Counted from the stretch's first letter, positions 1 to 6,930 are shown. The stretch: 8,156 nt of DNA from Octopus sinensis (GCF_006345805.1 NW_021828533.1:1-8156); one strand, 5' to 3'. Made by a program: numbers and translations. The notes: generated from the letters alone by a model not told the origin.

Positions 1-59
1 TAAATATATTATACGTATGTGTATATGTACTCATTAATGTTCCGTATTTACTGAGTATA

Positions 60-62
<3 letters not shown>

Positions 63-108
<46 letters not shown>
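63..108. repeat. (TA)n microsatellite
   Basis: Perfect TA run of about 23 units, flanked by two near-identical 37-bp copies (18-54 and 111-147). Confidence 0.97.
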
Positions 109-109
<1 letters not shown>

Positions 110-423
110 GTGTGTATATGTACTCATTGATGTTCCGTATTAACTGACTTTGTATACATATACACGTATGTGTATAAATATTGTCTAGTGAAAAAAACAA
201 AGGCAGTGTGTGTATGTGTGTGTGTGTAGGGGTGGGTGAATTTGTGTACGCGCGTGTATAATGAGAAAGAGAGAAAACCAAATTTAAAAGAAGGATTGGC
301 AGATTTTTTCTTTGGGGACAGTGTATATATAGGTCCACGTTATCTACTACATCTAAGAAGCTAGAGGCAGAATGTGAAGGGGATTGGACTGCTATTTCTT
401 GCACGTCGAGCGACCGCGTAGAG

Positions 424-542
424 TTTCCAGCATTCGATATTGATAAACTAAGTAAGTGCTAGCCGAGTACCGCCGAGTCGATATAACTGACTGTGATCTC
501 TCTCAGAATTTCTGGCCTCGTGCCCAATTTAAGAAACATTAT
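424..542 (+). mobile_element. Degenerate 3' half of the main tRNA-derived SINE
   Basis: 'ttcgatattgataaactaagta...gagtcgatataactgac...aatttctggcctcgtgcccaatttaagaaacattat' aligns by eye with the core and tail of the better plus-strand copy at 4624-4750 ('ttcgaggtcgataaatcaagta...ggtcgatgtaatcg...aatttcaggccttgtgcctatattagaaaggattatt'). Confidence 0.65.
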
Positions 543-544
543 CA

Positions 545-1128
545 GATTTTTCTATCCCTATTCTCTCTCCATCGCTGGCTCTTTCATTCTTCCTGCCTCC
601 GTCTCCTCTATCTCGTTTTTTTTTTTTCTGCTTCGAAGTCTTATATCTTTCTCGCTTTTTCACGCGCACACATACACAAACTCACATTCACTCTTTCTCT
701 TTATCTCTCTCTCTCTCTCCCTCTCTCTATCACATCTTTCTCTCATTCTGCCTCTACAACTAAACACAAGCAAACGCACACACGCACACACAAATACACA
801 CTCTACTTTGTTAGACGCGCGCACACAAACACTGTCTTCGTTTCTCTTACTCTTCTCTATAACGCGCTCACTCACCAACACACATACCTCTTTCTCCCTC
901 AATTCAACACACTACTCTTTAATCACACGCACACATACACACACACTTCTTTCTGCTTTCTTCTCTTCTATTTATTTGCTGCTTATTTTCTATTAACATA
1001 TAATCTGTATGTCACTCAAAACAGTTATATCTATTAACTGTTTAGCAATCATTCACTATTTCATTTTTCTGTTTTCGCTTCCCCACCTTCTCCTTCAGTT
1101 TACCTATCAACCTAATCCACACACACAG

Positions 1129-1165
<37 letters not shown>
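545..1165. repeat. Low-complexity CT/CA-rich tract including (TC)n ~704-728 and (AC)n 1131-1165
   Basis: Visible dinucleotide runs and strong G depletion on the + strand. This explains the long stop-free ORFs 456-1037, 493-996 and 1009-1293. Confidence 0.9.
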
Positions 1166-1166
<1 letters not shown>

Positions 1167-1363
1167 CTGTCTACTCGAACATCTTTACGTTTCGTTCACC
1201 AGTAAGCTTTTAAAGACAAGATCTACTCCCATTTATAATGTTTTTACGAAAAAACTTCACTTAGCTGATTTCGTTAGAATTATCTGCCCCTAAAGGAAAA
1301 CAATCTCGTTTAATCGAAAATTCTTTACCCCAATATATTACATATACGAGATCTTCTCGTAGA

Positions 1364-1620
1364 TTAGCAGAATCGTTACAGAATTGCAAATTATTCGTTT
1401 CTATTTTGTTTTTCGATTTTTTTTTTCGTTTTTTAAAAATTTAATTTATTTACTCTACATTTTCACCTTCTGAGTGCAAATCCCATTGCAGTCAGTTTTG
1501 CATTTTGTCCTTCTGGAAACGGTCAAATAGAGTACCAGTCACTTACCAGGTAGGATATAACCTATTATTTCTCAACCTCAAATTTCTGGTCTTGCGCCGA
1601 TATTGAAAATACTAAAATAC
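1364..1620 (+). mobile_element. Old, diverged copy of the main SINE (T-rich expansion in the head)
   Basis: A-box-like 'ttagcagaatcgtta' at 1364, B-box-like 'ttctgagtgcaaatccc' at ~1468-1484, then 'gtcagttttgcattttgtccttc...agtaccagtc' and tail 'aaatttctggtcttgcgcc'. Colinear with the reverse complement of the array copies. Confidence 0.7.
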
Positions 1621-1714
1621 TAATGATAATAGTTTCAAAATTTGGCACAAGGCCAGCAATATTGCGGGAAGGGATTAGTCGATTGTATTGATCCAAGTGT
1701 TCAGCTGGTACTTA

Positions 1715-1966
1715 TTGGGTTGTCCGGAAAGTTCGTGCCGATTTTTAAAAGAAAGAAAAAGGTCAATAAATACTTGCCATTACATTTTTAATCAACCAAA
1801 TATGAACCATTTTGTTGCACAATGCGTCTCCCTCTTTCCTTTAACTCGAAAATACCCTCTTCCCAGAATTGAGGTGGTTTCATGGCAAAGAATTCATCAA
1901 CCATGTTCTAAAATAAGTCGAGAGGTAAGCTACTATAAATCGGCACGAACTTTGCAGACAACCTAA
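1715..1966 (-). mobile_element. Internally deleted mariner (Tc1/mariner superfamily) element, MITE-sized, 252 bp
   Basis: 30-bp TIRs 1715-1744 (ttgggttgtccggaaagttcgtgccgattt) and 1937-1966 are 27/30 identical. TA duplicated at 1713-1714 and 1967-1968. The empty site reconstructs the SINE. A transposase C-terminal remnant lies inside. Confidence 0.95.
1788..1904 (-). pseudogene. Mariner transposase C-terminal remnant (38 aa, below the ORF-track cutoff)
   Basis: Manual translation gives MVDEFFAMKPPQFWEEGIFELKERGRRIVQQNGSYLVD*. This fits the mariner C-terminal pattern FF.xK...F(Y/W)..GI..L.ERW..(C/I)V...G.Y, with the conserved W changed to G by one base (TGG>GGG). Confidence 0.9.
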
Positions 1967-2093
1967 TATTTTATTGAAACCCGAAAGGATGAAATTCAAA
2001 GTCGACCACGGCGGAATTTAAACTCAGAATTAAAGACGGACAAAATGCCGCTTGACATTTTACTCCGTATGTAAGTGATTCTTCCATTTCAGT

Positions 2094-2303
2094 CCTTTCT
2101 ACTATATATATAGGCACTAGGTCTGAACATTTCGGAGAGGCGGTTAGTCAGTTACATCGACCCCTGTGCTCAACTGGTACTTTTTCATCGATCTCAAAAT
2201 GATAAAATCAACATCCATGAGAATTAACTTAGAAGGTTAAAATTTTGTGAAATGTCGCTAAATATTCTGTCCACCGTGCTAACGATTCTACCAGTTTGCC
2301 GTC
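2094..2303 (-). mobile_element. Main SINE copy (tail type B), diverged, with a central deletion
   Basis: 'cctttctactatatatataggcactaggtctgaac...gtcagttacatcgacccctgtgctcaactggtac...cgtgctaacgattctaccagtttgccg' is colinear with 3472-3706. Confidence 0.85.
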
Positions 2304-2307
2304 TTAA

Positions 2308-3241
2308 CCCTTCGTGGGCCGGCAGGGTCCCTTGGAACCCCAGCAAAGGTTTAAAGTTATGCAACTTATACATTTTTTATTTAAATGATTTTACATCACA
2401 TGACTTTTATTGTCAATAGTTTATGTATGCACATACAAATTTCGAGTTTAAAATACAATATGGTCATTGGCCATATGTGAAATTATTTTCTTCTTTTGTT
2501 TTTTCAGATATTCTGATGAACTATAAGTCAATCGTCTTCGTATTTGTACTGGCATGAATCGATATACTTTTTTCTTTTATTCTTTTTGTTTTAATTTATA
2601 CGAGCAAAACGCCCTCCATCTAATGGACGGTGCTGAGTTGTCAAACATTTAAACCAAATTTTATCAAAACAACTTGTCCGATCGTTCCATAGACCGTCCC
2701 CTTTGAGAAACACTGATTTAATCTAAATTTGAGATACCAGCAAAAGAAGAAATAAAGATAGACTTTTTTCTATTCCAAAGAAAAACGATTATATTCACAC
2801 AAATATGCAACCGAAGAGTTTAAAGTACCAGTAAGTACATCACAACAGCTGATGTACTTGCGCGTACAAATGCACGTTCCCACGGATTTATCGATCGCAT
2901 TTTCACCTGGAATCGACTTTTGTAATTTTTTCAAGACGTATACACGCCCTGATACCGTCGGTATCTACATATCAAGTTTGGGCGCAATCGGATAGAGGAT
3001 GCCCGAGATTCTAGAAGACACACACACAGACAGAACGGATTTTATATAATAGATTTAGTGCTATATGTATAGTTTATAAAGCTATAAAAGAAGTGCTGAA
3101 TTTCTTGTTCTGTATCATGCACTCACACATATATACAAGATTGAACAAATATTACTTTATGGATAGTGCGGAAATGTGAAAAAATAAAAGGGGACCCCAA
3201 AGGCCTTTTGTGTAATTCCAACCCCGCCGGCCCACGAAGAG
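2308..3241. mobile_element. Non-autonomous piggyBac-like DNA transposon, 934 bp including a nested element
   Basis: TTAA at 2304-2307 and 3242-3245. Left end cccttcgtgggccggcagggt versus reverse complement of the right end ctcttcgtgggccggcggggt is 19/21 identical. CCC start is typical of piggyBac. An asymmetric subterminal motif (gggtccc near 2325, gggaccc at 3191) is present. No transposase ORF. Confidence 0.88.
2845..3053 (-). mobile_element. Short non-autonomous Helitron-like element nested in the piggyBac
   Basis: The minus strand begins A|TCTATTATATAAAATCCGTTCTGTCTGTGTGTGTGTC...CCGATTGCGCCCAAACTTGATATGTAGATAC. This is the 5'-TC, TATA-rich, microsatellite, 'CCGAT...AAA.TT' layout of invertebrate non-autonomous Helitrons. 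The 3' end is degenerate (imperfect hairpin ~2859-2876) and could instead lie at CTGG|T ~2828, so the left boundary is uncertain. Confidence 0.6.
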
Positions 3242-3245
3242 TTAA

Positions 3246-3471
3246 TAATATTAATAATGACGGTTTCCAATTTTGGCACAAGGTCACTAATTTCAGAGGA
3301 GAGGGCAAGTCAATTACATCAACCCCAGTGCCCAGTTGGAACTTATTTTATCGACCCCAAAATGATGAAAGGCAAAACTGACTACTGGAAATTCAACTCC
3401 GAACATAAAGACGGATAAAATGCCGCAAAGCATTTTGGCCGGCGTGCTAATAATTCTGCAGGCTCCCTGCC
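3246..3471 (-). mobile_element. Main SINE copy (tail type A), near full length
   Basis: (AAT)-like tail, 'tttccaattttggcacaaggtc', core 'gtcaattacatcaaccccagtg...tatcgaccccaaaatgatgaaaggcaaa', and head ending 'gtgctaataattctgcaggctccctgcc'. Confidence 0.9.
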
Positions 3472-3706
3472 TTAACAATAATAATAATAATAATCCTTTC
3501 TATTGAAGGCACAGGGCCTGAAAATTAGCGGAGTCTGGCGATAGTCGATTACATCGACCCCAGTGCGTAACTGGTACTTATTTCATCGACCTCGGAAAGA
3601 TGAAAGCAAACTCGACCTCGGCGGAATTTGAACTCAGATCGTAAGACGGACAAAATGCCGCTAAACATTTTACCCGGCGTGCTAACGGTTCTGCCATCTC
3701 CTCGCC
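3472..3706 (-). mobile_element. Main tRNA-derived SINE, well-preserved full-length copy (tail type B)
   Basis: Element strand reads GGCGAGGAGATGGCAGAACCGTTAGCACGCCGGG...CTGAGTTCAAATTCCGCCGAGGTCGAG... It has a Pol III A-box-like motif (3682-3696), a B box GAGTTCAAATTCC (3623-3635), a central conserved domain and an (ATT)n tail. Confidence 0.93.
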
Positions 3707-3772
3707 TTTAATAATAATCCTTTCTACTATAGGCACGAAGCCTGAAATTTTAGGAGAGGGGGCTAATCGATT
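3707..3772 (-). mobile_element. 5'-truncated SINE fragment (tail type B only)
   Basis: 'ataataatcctttctactataggcacgaagcctgaaattttaggagagggggctaatcgatt' matches only the 3' end of neighbouring copies and then breaks into the next copy's tail. Confidence 0.85.
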
Positions 3773-3774
3773 CA

Positions 3775-4003
3775 AATGCTTTCAAATTTTGTCACAAAGG
3801 CAGTAATTTTAGAAGAGGAGATGAGTCGATTACATCGACCCAGTGTTCAACTGGTACTTATTTTATCGACACCGAAAGGATGAAAAGCAAGGTTGACCTC
3901 GGCGGAATTTGAACTCAGAACGTTAAGACGGACAAAATGCTTGGCGATAAAATGCCGCTAAGCATTTTGCCCGGCGTATTAACGGTTCTGCCAGCGCGCC
4001 GCC
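3775..4003 (-). mobile_element. Main SINE copy (tail type A), full length
   Basis: Intact core and B box (ggaatttgaactc at 3904-3916) and a head ending 'ttctgccagcgcgccgcc'. Carries a 15-nt insertion with duplicated aaaatgc (3934-3940 and 3949-3955). Confidence 0.93.
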
Positions 4004-4191
4004 TATAACAACAATAATCTTTTCTACTATAGGCACAAGGCCTGAAATTTTTGGGTGGGTTGGAGATGAGGGGATAGACGATTACATCAACCCCAGTGCG
4101 TAACTTCTACTTATTTCTTCCTCGAAAGGATGAAAAGCCAAGACGACCTCGGCGGAGTGTAAACTCAGAATGTAAAGAGGGACGAAATACC
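4004..4191 (-). mobile_element. Main SINE copy (tail type B) lacking the A-box end
   Basis: Tail 'tttctactataggcacaaggcctgaaattttt', core and B-box region are present. Similarity stops at 'gacgaaatacc', where the next copy's tail begins. Confidence 0.88.
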
Positions 4192-4383
4192 AATTTCTCT
4201 ACTACCCACAAGGGGCTAAACACAGAAGGGACAAACACGGATTAAGTCGATTATATTTAGTCGATCCCGAAAGGATGAAAGGCAAAGTCGACTTCGGCGG
4301 AATTTGAACTCAGAACATAACGGCAGACGAAATACGGCTACGAATTTCGCACGGCGTGCTAACGTTTCTTCCAGCTTGCCGCC
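4192..4383 (-). mobile_element. Main SINE copy with a different tail (type C) and a short core deletion
   Basis: Same head and core ('cgaaaggatgaaaggcaaagtcgacttcggcggaatttgaactcagaac...cgtgctaacgtttcttccagcttgccgcc') but tail 'tttctctactacccacaaggggctaaacacagaagggacaaacacggattaag'. Confidence 0.9.
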
Positions 4384-4403
4384 TTTAAAACGGAAGTAAT
4401 GTG

Positions 4404-4617
4404 AATAATAGTTATTTCAAATTCTGTAACAACGGCAGCAGGTTAGTGAGAGGAGTCGATTACATCGACCCTATTGTTTAACTGGTAGTTGTTGGGTAGA
4501 CTCCGAACGGATGAAGAGCAAAGTTGACCTCGGCGGAATTTGAACTCAGAATTAAAAGCGTACAAAATGCCACTAAGCATTTTACTCGGTGAGCAAGCTA
4601 TTCTGCCATTTCAGTCC
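4404..4617 (-). mobile_element. Main SINE copy (tail type A), diverged
   Basis: 'atttcaaattctgtaacaacggcagca...gtcgattacatcgaccc...gacctcggcggaatttgaactcagaa...ttctgccatttcagtcc'. Confidence 0.88.
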
Positions 4618-4623
4618 TTAATA

Positions 4624-4748
4624 CCGAGGTCGACTAACCTTTTCAACCCTTCGAGGTCGATAAATCAAGTACCAGTCAATTACTGAGGTCGATGTAATCG
4701 TCAATCCCTCTCCCCCAAATTTCAGGCCTTGTGCCTATATTAGAAAGG

Positions 4749-4787
<39 letters not shown>

Positions 4788-4826
4788 ATTATTATTATTG
4801 TTATTATTATTATTATTATTATTATT
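4624..4826 (+). mobile_element. 5'-truncated main SINE copy (tail type B) in the opposite orientation, with a long (ATT)n tail
   Basis: 'ccgaggtcgactaaccttttcaacccttcgaggtcgataaatcaagtaccagt...ggtcgatgtaatcg...aaatttcaggccttgtgcctatattagaaagg(att)n' is the reverse complement of the array unit, minus the tRNA-like head. Confidence 0.92.
4749..4826. repeat. (ATT)n microsatellite, ~26 units
   Basis: Near-perfect trinucleotide run. It is the source of the poly-I and poly-N ORFs. Confidence 0.97.
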
Positions 4827-4828
4827 AA

Positions 4829-5337
4829 AGGGGAAGCGAGCAGTGCATGTCATTACAGTGACACTGGAGTAAAATATACGCAGCCCAGTATACCCATCAT
4901 GGCTACCCGTTTGATAAGGGTATACCAGGCACGTGTATCTCAATCATAAATGCGCGAAATGGTGATGACCAAGCAGGCGGGGACCCAGCTAGAATTTTCT
5001 TCAGGTCGAGTAAACCATCCCGCTGAAAAGGTCCCTGAGTAAGGGTTGTTTAAGGATGTTGAACGAAACACCTGTTTCCAGAGGTGATTATTCAAACTCC
5101 AAAGAATTCCTCTCAACACATGGCTATGATGCTCCCCCACTACTTCTGCTCGTGATCAGAGATGCACATATCGTCAGTCACTAAGGGACTTGCTCAACTG
5201 ATTAAGGTCAAACAACTGGCAAGCAAATCTGTGGTATTGAGCAGAATATTTGCTGTAGCCCATATTTTATACCAAGCCAAAACAATGTGCATGATAACAA
5301 TTCCTTCCAATCAGTTAAGATCAAAAGCCATGAGAGC
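4829..5337 (-). mobile_element. Unclassified ~510-bp interspersed-repeat-like segment abutting (AAT)n, possibly the 3' portion of a non-LTR element
   Basis: Complex sequence of balanced composition that starts exactly at the end of the (ATT)n run. I recall it as a high-copy octopus repeat but cannot verify this here. No RT or endonuclease motif in the ORFs. Strand and boundaries are inferred. Confidence 0.45.
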
Positions 5338-5440
5338 TTGTTGGACAAAATATCTTGCGGAATCGTTCTCACATTGGAATCTTTCCGAGGACAAATCTGT
5401 TTTTCATTCTTCCAGGGGTCCTCAAAATAAATGCCACTAA

Positions 5441-5700
5441 ACACACACGCACACATGCATGCGCACCCACATGAACATATATACGTGCACACACACATGT
5501 ATTTATATATAATATATATGCTCACGCAGACACACACATATATGTACATGCGCGCACACATACATACGCAGGCGTGTGTGTTTGTGTGTGTAAAGGCATA
5601 TTGAAAAAAAAAAAAACTGGAGACATATGAGTGTTAAAGACATAAACACACACACACACATCCTTATACACACATACACGCGGATTCGTATGTATATAAT
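5441..5700. repeat. Degenerate alternating purine-pyrimidine (CA/TA/TG) low-complexity tract
   Basis: Mixed acac/atat/gtgt runs plus a long A run near 5604. Confidence 0.85.
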
Positions 5701-5741
5701 GCAAGCAGGCAGCTATCTATTTAACCATCTAAGGTTGATAC

Positions 5742-6036
<295 letters not shown>

Positions 6037-6133
6037 GTGAACATATAAACAACTCCGATTGTTTTGTGTTAAGGCGCGTGATTTAATAAATTCTGTGTTT
6101 TCACTGAACGATTCTCTCACTTCCTCCATCTAT

Positions 6134-6249
6134 TTTTTTCTTTCTTTCCTTCTTTCTTTCTTTCTTTCCTCTCATCTATCTAATTTTCTTTATCTCCACA
6201 CTCTCACATGCACCCCTCCCGCACTCTCTCTCTCTCTCTCTCTATCTCT
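6134..6249. repeat. Polypyrimidine (TTTC)n/(TC)n tract
   Basis: TTTC repeats at ~6137-6168 and a TC run at ~6224-6249. Confidence 0.8.
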
Positions 6250-6930
6250 TGTTATAAACATCGTCAAGATGAGATATATCTGTCTGCTTATTCGCGTGTG
6301 TCTGTGTACAGCATGCTACAATCTCCACATGTACAAATCTAATGATGTCCTTGAGTCGTTGTCGCTCCATATTTTCATCCCTTCGTTTCAAAACCTCTCT
6401 CACCCCCCCTCCTTCCACCGACCTACACTTGTACATCGTAACATGCGACGGAGTGCGTAACAGTGCCTAGCGTAGGGTGTCGATTGTCAGCGGCGTCCTT
6501 CCATTAAAATAGGGCACTAGCAAGCATGCATGGACGGGGTAGAGGATTATATCAGGGCTTCTAATAGGAGAGGAATAAGGGAGTTGAATGGGGGAAGTAG
6601 AATAAGGGAGTGGAATGGGCGAGGGTAAAAAAGAAAGAAATACAATGATTGAAAAAAAGCTGGAAGGACGTGTAAGGATGGAGAAGGAGTGAAACGAAAA
6701 CGATAAGCTCTGGAGGAAAGAAAATAAATGAAAGAATAAGCAGGAAAAGATGTGGATTATTAAGAAGGAAATGGAGATGCGTAAAAGTATAGAACTGCGA
6801 CGTAAAAATAAGACAGACAAAGACGGGCGCAAAAGATTGAAGAATAGATAATTGAATATATATTTAAAATAGGGCATTAATAAATGATTATCTGAAAAAT
6901 AAAGGAGAAAAATGACTTCATGATTGTACG

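Larger units (their letters stand above)
1621..2096 (-). mobile_element. Main SINE copy (tail type A), split by a mariner insertion
   Basis: Removing 1715-1968 rejoins 'ctggtactta|ttttattgaaacccgaaaggatgaaa', which matches the intact sister copies ('ctggtacttattttatcgacaccgaaaggatgaaa'). The B-box reverse complement 'ggaatttaaactc' is present. Confidence 0.9.

Noticed and set aside
330-423. Complex segment 'ggcagaatgtgaaggggattggactgctatttcttgcacgtcgagcgacc' that may be another repeat fragment
   Set aside because: Only vague recollection. There is no second copy, terminus or TSD in the window to support a call.
48-1293. ORFs of 80-193 aa (48-404, 456-1037, 493-996, 660-902, 1009-1293)
   Set aside because: Translations are IY, HT, LS and RE dipeptide runs from microsatellites, overlap in several frames and show no domain-like content.
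2702-2723. hAT/Charlie-like terminus (tttgagaaacactg followed by atttaatc)
   Set aside because: No matching cagtgtttctc end or duplicated 8-mer was found in the window. One end alone is insufficient.
3620-3706. tRNA gene at the SINE head
   Set aside because: A and B boxes are present but I cannot form a convincing cloverleaf, and the head is always fused to the SINE body.
1621-4617. Regularly recurring palindromic motifs that superficially resemble a CRISPR array
   Set aside because: The whole ~230-bp unit is repeated and diverged, there are no unique spacers or cas genes, and the unit has Pol III boxes and a simple-repeat tail, so it is a SINE.
5171-5177. CTGACGA hammerhead-like core on the minus strand
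   Set aside because: I could not find a following stem II plus GAAA or the flanking helices.
4731-5561. ORFs over the (ATT)n run and adjacent segment (4731-4949, 4740-4943, 4940-5140, 5162-5440, 5208-5561)
   Set aside because: Poly-I/poly-N artefacts or short frames on both strands with no RT, endonuclease or other recognisable motif.
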